Source: an uncultured Thermoleophilia bacterium | Lineage (GTDB): Bacteria > Actinomycetota > Thermoleophilia > UBA2241 | NCBI GenBank assembly: GCA_963702475.1 | Contig: CAVPCT010000006.1 | Location: forward strand, 289,405-353,404 | Reading direction: 5' to 3' | Length of the DNA: 64,000 bases | Part shown: piece after piece, positions 1 through 8,422 of the stretch | How the letters are laid out: each line of letters begins with the position of its first letter | Position numbering within the stretch: position 1 is the stretch's first letter | The notes under the pieces: model-generated | Told to the model about the DNA's origin: nothing | The model's input: the letters and a program-made list of their open reading frames with translations, nothing else | The model's database searches: none | Made by a program: the position numbers and the translations under genes

Positions 1-90
1 TGTCTTCTCATTGGCGGCCGCGACGACGGCCGTGGCGGCCAGGAGGAGTGCCACGGCCAACGCAAGCAGGACCACTGACCTGAGTCTCAT
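1..90 (-). CDS. 5' end (30 codons) of a secreted or membrane protein gene that continues beyond the left edge
   Basis: ATG at 90-88 is preceded by GGAGGTGG. It translates to MRLRSVVLLALAVALLLAATAVVAAANEKT, which looks like a signal peptide or TM helix. Function unknown. Confidence 0.45.
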   Translation of the reverse strand, partial: MRLRSVVLLALAVALLLAATAVVAAANEKT

Positions 91-153
91 GTTCCACCTC
101 CGCATCGGGCTGTGCCACAGCCCGGCTGAGCCACACGCCGGGAGCGGCCTCAC

Positions 154-351
154 CCGCTATGTCGGCAGGTGAGCGGCCGAAGTGGAGAAAGGTCGCAGTG
201 AGCGGTGACGCTACGCCGCACCACTCGTTGACCCACCTGCGGCGGTCAGTGACCGGTGCACCTGGCGGCCCACCGGTCGTTAGCGCCGCTACGTCGGCTA
301 ATGAGCGGTGACGCTACGCCGCACCACTCGTTGACCCACCTGCGGCGGTCA
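154..351 (+). repeat. Intergenic repeat locus L1: two identical 50-nt copies (199-248 and 302-351, period 103 nt) plus a partial third copy of the left flank (154-176 versus 286-308)
   Basis: TGAGCGGTGACGCTACGCCGCACCACTCGTTGACCCACCTGCGGCGGTCA occurs twice exactly. The second copy ends on the acyl-CoA dehydrogenase stop codon. Confidence 0.9.
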
Positions 352-2136
352 ATCGCGGGCGAGGGCGGCGAGGGCGTCCAGCAGGACCGGGTCGCCGGCC
401 AGGACCTGCGCCGCCGCGCCCTCGACGCGCGCCGCCATGCCCTCCGTGAAGTACTGGGCCGCGAGGAGCTTGCGCGCGTCGTCCTGGGCTGCTCGCAGCA
501 CGAGGTAGCCGCAGGCCACGTCGATGCTCATCTCGGTGAGCCGGCGGGCGTGGAAGTCACGGAAGCGACTGTCGCCGAGGGAGCGCACGCGTTCGATGGA
601 CTCGGCCAGGCGCGCGCGGGCGTGCCGCACGCGCGCCAGGAGTTCGGGGGTGGCTGAAAGCTCCTCGGCGTCGTACTCGTCGAGCCTCCCGGCCAGCGTG
701 CCGCCGAGGATGCCGCCGATGGCGGCCACCACCTGCAGCTGCGTCGTGCCCTCGTAGATGTTGGTGATGCGCGCGTCGCGGGCGTGGCGCTCCACGGAGA
801 AGTCGCGCATGTAGCCGGATCCGCCGTGCACCTGCAGCGACTCGTAGGCCACGGTGTTGGCCATCTCCGTCGCCAGCGCCTTCGAAAGCGGCGTGAACAG
901 GGCCGCCAGGCGCGTGTACTTCTTGAGCTCGGCGCGCAGCGCCTTGACGTCGTCGTCCTCGGGGTGGCGGCCGCGAGCCGGGCGGCCGTCGGGGGCGGCC
1001 GGCGAAGCCTCACCGCCCTCGGCCGCCTTCTGGAGCTGCTCGATGCGGTGCTCGAGCACCTCCTTGGTGTCGACGATGAGCGCGGTCTCGTAGAGCAGCG
1101 CGCGCGACGCCTCGATGCTCACCTTCATGTCGGCGAGCATGCCCTTGACGGCGGTGAGCTCGCCGATGGGCGCGCCGAACTGCACGCGTTCGGCGGCGTA
1201 CTTCGCCGCCGCCCGGTACGCCGCCTCGGCGATGCCCTGCGCCTGTGCGGCGATCGCGATGCGGGCGCCGTTCATGAGACTCATGACGTAGGTCGTGAGC
1301 CCGCGCCGGCGCTCACCGACGAGCAGCGCCGGCGCGTCGTCGAACTGGAGCTCACACGTCGGCGACCCGTGGATGCCGAGCTTGTCCTCAAGGCGGCGGA
1401 TACGCATGTGCTCGTCGCGCTCGTAGAGGAACATGCTGAGGCCGCGCGCGTCGGTGGTGCCCTCTTCCGAGCGCGCCAGCACGAGGCTGATGGCCCCGCA
1501 GCCGTTGGTGATGAAGCGCTTCACGCCGTTGAGGCGCCAGGTACCGTCCGGCTGCTCAGTGGCCTTGAGCTGCACGTTCTGCAGGTCGCTGCCGGCCTCG
1601 GGCTCCGTGAGCGCCATGCTGCCGGTGACCTCGCCGCTGGCGAAGCGCGGCAGGTAGGCGGCCTTCATCTCGTCGTCGGCGAACTTGTTGACCGTCTCGC
1701 TGATGTCCTGGAGGCCGAAGATGTTCATGAGCGCGGGGTCGGCCCGGCTGACCATCTCGACGATCATCACGCTGACCGACACGGGGAAGTTGAGCCCGCC
1801 GTACTTGCGCGGCAGGGTGATGCCCATGAGGTCGGCCTGTTTGAGGCGCTCCAGACCCTCGGCGATGCCGGGCGCGTAGCACACCTCGCCCTGCACGAGC
1901 TCACTGCCGGCCCGGTCGATGCCCTCTGCGCGCGGCTCGATGTACTCGCCGGCCAGGTCGCCGACGATGTCGAGGGTGCGCTCGTAGGAGTCCAGCGCGT
2001 CCTCGTAGTCACGCGGCGCGTAGGCGAAGTCGCGCGCCTGGGCGTAGCCGTCCTCACGCAGGCGCACCACGCGCGCCAGGTCGATGCGGCGCAGGGCGGC
2101 CTGCAGGTCCGGGTTGTCGCGGTAGAAGTTGCTCAT
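349..2136 (-). CDS. Acyl-CoA dehydrogenase, long (~595 aa) form
   Basis: ACAD signatures MALTEPEAGSD and QVHGGSGYMRDFSVERHARDARITNIYEGT. The start ATG overlaps the etfA stop (ATGA). The stop codon lies inside repeat copy 302-351. Confidence 0.93.
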   Translation of the reverse strand: MSNFYRDNPDLQAALRRIDLARVVRLREDGYAQARDFAYAPRDYEDALDSYERTLDIVGDLAGEYIEPRAEGIDRAGSELVQGEVCYAPGIAEGLERLKQADLMGITLPRKYGGLNFPVSVSVMIVEMVSRADPALMNIFGLQDISETVNKFADDEMKAAYLPRFASGEVTGSMALTEPEAGSDLQNVQLKATEQPDGTWRLNGVKRFITNGCGAISLVLARSEEGTTDARGLSMFLYERDEHMRIRRLEDKLGIHGSPTCELQFDDAPALLVGERRRGLTTYVMSLMNGARIAIAAQAQGIAEAAYRAAAKYAAERVQFGAPIGELTAVKGMLADMKVSIEASRALLYETALIVDTKEVLEHRIEQLQKAAEGGEASPAAPDGRPARGRHPEDDDVKALRAELKKYTRLAALFTPLSKALATEMANTVAYESLQVHGGSGYMRDFSVERHARDARITNIYEGTTQLQVVAAIGGILGGTLAGRLDEYDAEELSATPELLARVRHARARLAESIERVRSLGDSRFRDFHARRLTEMSIDVACGYLVLRAAQDDARKLLAAQYFTEGMAARVEGAAAQVLAGDPVLLDALAALARD

Positions 2137-3245
2137 GCCGCCCCTCCGTCGTGGGAGGCCACGCCCTTTGTCCGGTAGGCCTTGATCAGCAGGGGGATGA
2201 CCTTGTGGAGGTCGCCGACGATGCCGTAGTGGGCGACCGAGAAGATGGGCGCCAGCGGGTCGCTGTTGATGGCGAGGATGCGGGCGCTCTGGTCCATGCC
2301 GGCGCGGTGCTGCACCGAGCCGCTGATGCCGCAGGCGATGTAGAGCTTGGGGCGGACGGTGGTGCCCGTCTGGCCGACCTGGTGGTCGTGATCGATCCAG
2401 CCGGCGTCCACGGCGGCGCGGCTGGCACCGACGACGCCGCCGAGCGAGCGTGCGAGCTCTTCGACGAGGCCGAACCCCTCGCGCGAGCCGACGCCGACGC
2501 CGCCCGACACGACGATGCGCGCGCCTTTGAGGTCCACGCGCTTCTCCTCGCTGACACGCCTTACCAGCTTGACCGCGAAGTCGGCGTCGGTGAGGACGAC
2601 GCGGTCGGCAGGCGCGACCGCAGCCGACGAGCGCTCGACCGGCACGCGGAGGATCTCGCCGTTGCGCGTTGCGTCCGCCTGCGGCATGACCATGACCCCC
2701 TCGCGCACTGTGGCCATCTGCGGCCTGTGCTCGGGGCTCACGATGGTCGCGATGATGTTGCCGCCGAAGGCCGGGCGGATCTGGTACAGGATGCTCTCCC
2801 AGGTCTCGCCCTTGGCGGTGAAGTCGCCGATGCGCAGGTCGGTGCAGTCGGCCGTGAGGCCGGTGCGCAGGGCGCTGGCGACGCGCGGCGCGAGGTCACG
2901 ACCTGTGGTGGTCGCGCCGTAGAGGACGATCTGCGGCTCGTACTGACGCACGAGCGTGGTCACGAGCCGCGTGTACGGAAGGGCCAGGTAGTCGCCGAGG
3001 TCCTCGTGGCCGGCGAGGTACACGGTGTCGGCGCCGCGGGCGACGACTTCGGCGGCGAGGCCGTTCACGGCCTCGCCGGACCCGGCCAGCACGGCGCCGA
3101 CACTCGCGCCGAGCGACGCCGCGAGCTCGCGGGCGCGGCCGAGCAGCTCGAGGCTGACCTCGGCCGCTTCGCCGTCGTGCTGCTCGATGAACACCCAGAC
3201 CTCGCCGGCGCCGTTCACGGGGGCGCCTCCCGTCCGGTCAGCCAA
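2133..3245 (-). CDS. etfA: Electron transfer flavoprotein alpha subunit
   Basis: ETF-alpha signature LYIACGISGSVQHRAGMDQSARILAIN. The start overlaps the etfB stop by 8 nt. The exact start is uncertain (GTG at VNGAGEV is an alternative). Confidence 0.92.
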   Translation of the reverse strand: MADRTGGAPVNGAGEVWVFIEQHDGEAAEVSLELLGRARELAASLGASVGAVLAGSGEAVNGLAAEVVARGADTVYLAGHEDLGDYLALPYTRLVTTLVRQYEPQIVLYGATTTGRDLAPRVASALRTGLTADCTDLRIGDFTAKGETWESILYQIRPAFGGNIIATIVSPEHRPQMATVREGVMVMPQADATRNGEILRVPVERSSAAVAPADRVVLTDADFAVKLVRRVSEEKRVDLKGARIVVSGGVGVGSREGFGLVEELARSLGGVVGASRAAVDAGWIDHDHQVGQTGTTVRPKLYIACGISGSVQHRAGMDQSARILAINSDPLAPIFSVAHYGIVGDLHKVIPLLIKAYRTKGVASHDGGAA

Positions 3246-4164
3246 GGATGTGCTCCTCGATCAGCTGGTGCACGAGCTCGGCGATGCCGGCCTCGTCGGG
3301 CTCGACCATGCGCGCCTCGCTCTGCGCGAGCACGACGCTCTCGATCTCCTTCACGCGCGTGGGTGAGCCGCGCAGGCCCAGGGCCTCGCGGTCGGCCTCG
3401 AGCGCCTCGTGGTCCCACTGGACGACCCGGGCGCGACAGACCGGCTTGCCGTCGCGCCCGATCATGCAGACCTCGGCGTCGTCGCTCTCGGGGTCCAGGT
3501 AGCTGTCGTCGTACTCGGGCATGGCCTCGGCGGCGATGTCCTTGTACGTCATGACGAGCTTCACGCTGGGTGGGCGCGGGTCGTTGGCCTCGCCGGCTAC
3601 CGTGAGGAGGCACGGCAGCGAGCTGGTGAGCGTCTCGAAGCCGCCCTCGATGGAGCGCGTCGCCGTGACGCTGCCGATGGCGTCGCCGTCGGGCGGGGTC
3701 ACGGCCTCGATGCGGCTGACGCAGGTGATCTGGGGCACGCCAAGCTTCTCGGCGGTCTGCGGGCCGACCTGGGCGGTGTCGCCGTCGATGGCCTGGCGGC
3801 CGCACAGGATGACGTCGACGCCGCCGAGCTTGCGCACGGCGAGCGAGAGGGCGTAGCTGGTTGCGAGCGTGTCGGCGCCGGCGAAGGCGCGGTCGGTGAG
3901 CAGCACGACCTCGTCGGCGCCGCGGAACAGGGAGTCGCGCAGCACCTGCACGGCGGCCGGCGGCCCCATGGTGATCACGGTGACGCGGCCGCCGTGGCGG
4001 TCCTTGAGCTTGAGCGCCTCCTCGAGGGCGCTGAGGTCCTCGGGGTTGAACACCGTCGGCAGCGCCGCCCGGTTGATGGTGCCGTCCTCTTTCATGGCCT
4101 CGCCGGTCACGTTCTGCGTGTCCGGGACCTGTTTGACGAGGACGACGATACGAAGCTGAGCCAT
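3238..4164 (-). CDS. etfB: Electron transfer flavoprotein beta subunit
   Basis: MAQLRIVVLVKQVPD N-terminus and CGRQAIDGDTAQVGPQTAEKLG motif. The start is set at ATG 4164 (aa 65 of ORF 3238-4356) because the upstream part of that ORF only reads through a 51-nt tandem repeat. Confidence 0.9.
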   Translation of the reverse strand: MAQLRIVVLVKQVPDTQNVTGEAMKEDGTINRAALPTVFNPEDLSALEEALKLKDRHGGRVTVITMGPPAAVQVLRDSLFRGADEVVLLTDRAFAGADTLATSYALSLAVRKLGGVDVILCGRQAIDGDTAQVGPQTAEKLGVPQITCVSRIEAVTPPDGDAIGSVTATRSIEGGFETLTSSLPCLLTVAGEANDPRPPSVKLVMTYKDIAAEAMPEYDDSYLDPESDDAEVCMIGRDGKPVCRARVVQWDHEALEADREALGLRGSPTRVKEIESVVLAQSEARMVEPDEAGIAELVHQLIEEHILG

Positions 4165-4239
4165 GAGCGTGGGACTTCCCGTCGTGGTCGATACCAGAGG
4201 CGGTACGCTACCAGAAAGTCGTCGCTTGCGGCAAAGCCG

Positions 4240-4341
4240 CTCACTGACGAGTGCCCCTGCGGCGCACCCGTCGCTGAGCCCGCTACGTAGCTCACTGACG
4301 AGTGCCCCTGCGGCGCACCCGTCGCTGAGCCCGCTACGTAG
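4240..4341 (-). repeat. Intergenic repeat locus L2: a 51-nt unit in perfect tandem duplication (4240-4290 and 4291-4341), related to L1 in inverted orientation
   Basis: CTCACTGACGAGTGCCCCTGCGGCGCACCCGTCGCTGAGCCCGCTACGTAG occurs twice. Its reverse complement shares collinear blocks with L1: CTACGT, AGCG, ACG, CGCCGCA, CACTCGT. Confidence 0.9.
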
Positions 4342-4382
4342 CTCAGTCGACCTCATCGCCGTGCGCGTGGGAGAATCGGAGA

Positions 4383-5834
4383 ATGAGGGCCTTCCGCAGG
4401 AGAAACGGCGCCGCGCGGGCGCTGCGCACCGCGGCGCCGTTGCTCATGGCTGCGCTGGCCTCTCTGGCGCTGGCGGCGGGACCACGGGTGGGGCCGGCCG
4501 CGGCGGCTCCGCCGGGCGCGGCCACGCGAGGGGACGCCACGCCCGTGCGGGATGTCCTGCCTGTGCTCGACGACCTGCGCGGCCCGCTGGCGCGCTCGGC
4601 GGCTTTGCCGCTCTGGCAGGCGCGCGGCGCTCTGCCGAGCGCCAAGCAGGCGATGGTGTTCGCGGCCGGGTCGGTCGCGGTGTCCGTGATCTTCGTGGAG
4701 AGCGACGGTTCCATCGACCGGAGCCGCGAGAACTGGTCGCGGCGGGATCCCAGGTTCCCAGGCGACCGCCGCGCCAACGTGCTCGCCCAGGTCGAGGCGG
4801 CCCTCGACTGGTGGGAACAGCGCTCGCCGGACGAGTCCCTGCAGACCTTCCTCCCCGCGGCCGGCCGGTACGGGGCGCCGCGGACCGTGACCACCGGCTA
4901 CGAGGCCATCACACGACCGACCGGCGACTTCGCCTTCGACTACCGCCAGAGTGACGCCGGCTGGCGCTGGCAGATCATGCGCAAGCTCGGTCTCAAGCAC
5001 GACTCTGAGGACGACTCGCCGCCTCCCGAGCGTGCCTACGCAGAAAAGGTGCGGCGTGTGAACGGCGCGGACTGGGCCTTCGTGGTTTACGTGGTGGACA
5101 GCCTGAAGGATACCGACGGCATGTTCCCGGACGGGGCGATCGCTTACACCAACGACCTGTACGGCCCGTATACCGTGCTCACGTACGACAACGACGGCTA
5201 CGGCTTCAGCAACTTCGCCGCGGTGCTCGCCCACGAGATGGGTCACCAGTTCGGCGCTCTCGACGAGTACCGCCCGCCGTACCCGGGGTACCCCAGTACC
5301 GGCGGCCTGTTCTCCGGCTATCTCGGCGTGAAGAACCGGAACGCCGTCGTGGGCGGCACCACCGACCACCCGTGCCTCATGCGCGGCTCCAAGGAGACAC
5401 TGGACGCCTTCTTCTACGGGGACCTCTGCCCTTCCACCGAGGGCCAGACTGGACTGCGGGTGACCAACGCCCACGGGCGGCCGGACGTGATCGACACCCG
5501 CCCGGGATTCACGTCGGGCGCGCCGGCCGCCGCCGCAGGCGGTACCGTGACCGTCTCCGGCACGGTCGTCGAACAGCCGTGGCCACACGGCGTGAGCACG
5601 GTCGGCCCACTGTTCACGAAGGACGTGAGCATTTACGTGCCGCGCGACGTGCAGTACCGCGTGGACGGCGGCGAGTGGCTGTCGGTCACGGCGGTCGACG
5701 GCGCCTTCGACGAACCGAGCGAGAAGTGGACGCTGACGACGGCGCCACTCATGCAGGGACCGCACGTGATCGACATCCAGGGCACGACGGGCCTGACCGT
5801 GGGCTTCTCGTTGCAGGTGACGGCGGCGCCGTGA
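4383..5834 (+). CDS. Secreted zinc metalloprotease-like protein (HExxHxxGxxD motif)
   Basis: Signal-peptide-like N-terminus MRAFRRRNGAARALRTAAPLLMAALASLALAAGP. Single zinc motif HEMGHQFGALDEY. Confidence 0.7.
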   Translation: MRAFRRRNGAARALRTAAPLLMAALASLALAAGPRVGPAAAAPPGAATRGDATPVRDVLPVLDDLRGPLARSAALPLWQARGALPSAKQAMVFAAGSVAVSVIFVESDGSIDRSRENWSRRDPRFPGDRRANVLAQVEAALDWWEQRSPDESLQTFLPAAGRYGAPRTVTTGYEAITRPTGDFAFDYRQSDAGWRWQIMRKLGLKHDSEDDSPPPERAYAEKVRRVNGADWAFVVYVVDSLKDTDGMFPDGAIAYTNDLYGPYTVLTYDNDGYGFSNFAAVLAHEMGHQFGALDEYRPPYPGYPSTGGLFSGYLGVKNRNAVVGGTTDHPCLMRGSKETLDAFFYGDLCPSTEGQTGLRVTNAHGRPDVIDTRPGFTSGAPAAAAGGTVTVSGTVVEQPWPHGVSTVGPLFTKDVSIYVPRDVQYRVDGGEWLSVTAVDGAFDEPSEKWTLTTAPLMQGPHVIDIQGTTGLTVGFSLQVTAAP

Positions 5835-5874
5835 GGACTGACCGGCGCCGGGTCCGCGCGTCGCCGGTCAGTCC
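5835..5874. terminator. Bidirectional hairpin between convergent genes
   Basis: 13-bp perfect stem GGACTGACCGGCG / CGCCGGTCAGTCC with a 14-nt loop. It starts right after the protease stop, and the SH3 gene stop lies in the right arm. No U-tract. Confidence 0.5.
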
Positions 5875-6224
5875 AGCGACTCCACGTGGTTCGAGGGCAC
5901 CCAGCCGGTCAGGCCGGCGGCCGTGCGGCACAGCAGCCAGCCGCCGGCCTCATCGAGCACCTCGAGCCGTTCGCCGCGCGCGACAGTGAGTTCGGTGGCG
6001 TCGTAGTCGCGCAGGGCGATGGCCTCGGCCGGCCCGCTCGTCTGCAGGTATTCCTCCGGCACCCAGCCGGCGCGGCCGGCCTGGTCGGCGCCCCACACGT
6101 AGGAGGTCCACTGCTGGTCGTGACGACCCACGCACACGGCCTCACCCTCGCGAAAGCGCACGGGCTCGGGCGCGGAGGAGACGTACGACGCGACGACGCG
6201 GACGGAGTGTGGCGGCTCGTTCAT
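5868..6224 (-). CDS. Double SH3-like domain protein (paralog 1)
   Basis: The C-terminal half has the classic SH3 pattern ALRDYDATELTV...GWLLCRTAAGLTGWVPSNHVE. The N-terminal half is a second SH3-like unit ending GWVPEEYL. Start at ATG aa 37 of ORF 5868-6332 (MNEPPHSVRVV). Confidence 0.6.
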   Translation of the reverse strand: MNEPPHSVRVVASYVSSAPEPVRFREGEAVCVGRHDQQWTSYVWGADQAGRAGWVPEEYLQTSGPAEAIALRDYDATELTVARGERLEVLDEAGGWLLCRTAAGLTGWVPSNHVESLD

Positions 6225-6256
6225 TTCAGGAGGGAGGAGCGGGACGACCGCGGCGG

Positions 6257-6616
6257 TCAGCTCTCGACCGCCTCCAGGCAGGACGCCGGCACCCAGCCCT
6301 CGGCGCCGGCGGAGTTGCGACAGCGGATCCACACACCGATGCTCTCGAGGCCCTCCAGGAGCTCACCCTTCACCACCGTGAGCTGGGCCGCGTCGTAGTC
6401 ACGCAGCGCCGTGGCCTCCTTGTCGGTGTCCATGTGGAGGAACTGCTCGGGGACCCACCCGGCGTGGCCGTCTTCGGCGGCGCACCACAGGAACTCCGGG
6501 TACTGCTGGTTGCGGTGCCCGACGACGATGGACTCGCCTTGGCGGATGCGGATGTTCTCTACGTGGTCGCGTGCCCTCGACGTGACGACGCGCACAGGCT
6601 GCGGGTAGGTGTCCAT
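6257..6616 (-). CDS. Double SH3-like domain protein (paralog 2)
   Basis: Collinear with 5868-6224: VRVVTS...GWVPEQFL...ALRDYDAAQLTV...GVWIRCRNSAGAEGWVPASCLE. Start at ATG aa 20 of ORF 6257-6673 (MDTYPQPVRVV). Confidence 0.6.
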   Translation of the reverse strand: MDTYPQPVRVVTSRARDHVENIRIRQGESIVVGHRNQQYPEFLWCAAEDGHAGWVPEQFLHMDTDKEATALRDYDAAQLTVVKGELLEGLESIGVWIRCRNSAGAEGWVPASCLEAVES

Positions 6617-6725
6617 CCGGTGATTGTAGACCTTTCGCGCGGGTTTCCTACCCGAGGTGGAGCGGCGTCCCATCCTTTGGACGGAGACGCGGCGTCGTCT
6701 CGGCTTGAGGTATCATGGGCGGCCG

Positions 6726-8294
6726 ATGAGCGAGCAGAGGACAGAGCGGGCTCCCGGGGGCGTGGTGGTGCGCTTCGCCCCGTCCCCGACGGGCTACCTG
6801 CACTTGGGGAGCGCCCGCACGGGCCTGTACAACTACATCTTCGCGCGCAGCCGCGGCGGCCTCTTCATCCTCCGGATCGAGGACACCGACCCCTCCCGCA
6901 GCACCGACAAGGCGATCCTGCAGATCATCAGCTCCATGCGTGAGATGGGCCTCAAGTGGGACGAGGGTCCGGAGGTCCCGGGCCCGCACGGCCCCTACCG
7001 GCAGACCGAGCGTCAGGGCATCTACCACGAGCACATCGCGCGCCTGCTGGCCAGCGGCCACCTGTACCCGTGCTTCTGCACACCCCAGGAGCTCGAGGCG
7101 GAGCGCCAGGTCGCCCAGGCGGCGAAGCGCGACTGGATCTACTCCGGGAGATGCCGGGCGCTCCCGGCGGAAGAGACGGAGCGCCGCGTGGCGGCTGGAG
7201 AGCCGTACACGCTGCGCATGCGTGTGCCCGACGGCGTCACCGTATTCCACGACCTGTTGCGCGGACCGGTGGAGTTCGCCAACGACACCATCGGCGACTT
7301 CATCGTGCAGCGCAGCGACGGCACGGTGACCTACAACCTCGCCGTGGTGGTGGACGATGTCACCATGGAGATCACACACGTCATCCGCGGCGACGATCAC
7401 ATCAGCAACACCCCGAAGCAGGTCGTCGTGTACGAAGCCCTCGGGGCCGCCGTGCCCGAGTTCCTGCACATGCCTTTGCTGTTCGGCACCGACCGCAAGA
7501 AGCTCTCCAAACGGCACGGCGCCACCAAGTTGGAGCAACTCACGGCCCAGGGCTACCTGGTCGACGTGGTGCGCAACTACCTCTGCTTCCTCAGCACGGA
7601 GTTCGACGAGAGCATGATCGCGTGGACGCTGGACGACCTCGTCGAGAGGTTCGACGTGCTCGGCCTGGGCACCAGCGCGAGCATCTTCGACCCGGAGAAA
7701 CTGCGCTGGATGAACGGGCGCTTCATCCGGCAGCTCGACGACGTGGCGCTCGGCGAGCGGCTCGAGGAGTACCTTACGCGGGTCGGCTTCTACGGCGAGC
7801 CGGCCGCGGTCGAGCAGCTCGCCCGTACCGGACCCGAGGCCCTCGCGGCCGTCGTCGAGGGCGCCGAGACGGCGCACGCGCTGCTCGTCGCCCCGGACGA
7901 GGTCCAGGAGGCGCTCACCAGGCAGCTCGCGCCGCTGGTGCGCGAGAAGATGGACCTGCTCGCCGACTTCATCCCGCTCGCGGGCTGGTTCTTCCGGCCG
8001 CTCGCGTTCGCGCAGGACGCGCGCGAGCGGCTCGCCGCAGCGCCCGGCGCGGCGGAGACGCTGCGCGCCGCCGCGCTCGCCCTCGAGCAGCTCCCTGAGT
8101 GGACGCCCCAAGGCGTGGAGGACCTCGTCCGCGACCTTCCCTCGCGCCTTGAGCAGAAGCCCAAGGCCGTGTTCGCCGCCCTGCGCCTCGGCATGAGCGG
8201 TCAGGCCGTGACGCCCGGCCTGTTCGAGTCGCTCTGGGTGCTCGGCCGCGACGAGGCGGCCGGCCGGCTCGTCACCGCGGCCGCCGAGCTCTGA
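6726..8294 (+). CDS. gltX: Glutamate--tRNA ligase
   Basis: Class I motifs PSPTGYLHLGS (HIGH-type) and KLSKRHG (KMSKS-type). Start at ATG aa 24 of ORF 6657-8294 (MSEQRTE). Confidence 0.95.
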   Translation: MSEQRTERAPGGVVVRFAPSPTGYLHLGSARTGLYNYIFARSRGGLFILRIEDTDPSRSTDKAILQIISSMREMGLKWDEGPEVPGPHGPYRQTERQGIYHEHIARLLASGHLYPCFCTPQELEAERQVAQAAKRDWIYSGRCRALPAEETERRVAAGEPYTLRMRVPDGVTVFHDLLRGPVEFANDTIGDFIVQRSDGTVTYNLAVVVDDVTMEITHVIRGDDHISNTPKQVVVYEALGAAVPEFLHMPLLFGTDRKKLSKRHGATKLEQLTAQGYLVDVVRNYLCFLSTEFDESMIAWTLDDLVERFDVLGLGTSASIFDPEKLRWMNGRFIRQLDDVALGERLEEYLTRVGFYGEPAAVEQLARTGPEALAAVVEGAETAHALLVAPDEVQEALTRQLAPLVREKMDLLADFIPLAGWFFRPLAFAQDARERLAAAPGAAETLRAAALALEQLPEWTPQGVEDLVRDLPSRLEQKPKAVFAALRLGMSGQAVTPGLFESLWVLGRDEAAGRLVTAAAEL

Positions 8295-8422
8295 CGCTCC
8301 GCCGCCGCTGCCCGAGTCGGCCCACTCCCGCTTCCCTGCCTGGCCGGCGGCTGCCTGAGTGAGCCCGGACCGTCCTTCGGGGAACAACCCCTGCAGATCC
8401 ATCGACCAGAAGACAGGAGGGG

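Noticed and set aside
4240-4341. Possible CRISPR array
   Set aside because: There are only two directly abutting copies, with no spacers and no cas genes in the window.
4165-4356. N-terminal extension of etfB containing the duplicated peptide SELRSGLSDGCAAGALV
   Set aside because: The duplication is simply the 51-nt DNA tandem repeat read in frame. ETF-beta homologs begin at the MAQLRIVVLVKQVPD-type N-terminus.
6648-8402. 584-aa minus-strand ORF
   Set aside because: It is antisense to gltX, which has unambiguous class I synthetase motifs. It has no motifs and a biased composition.
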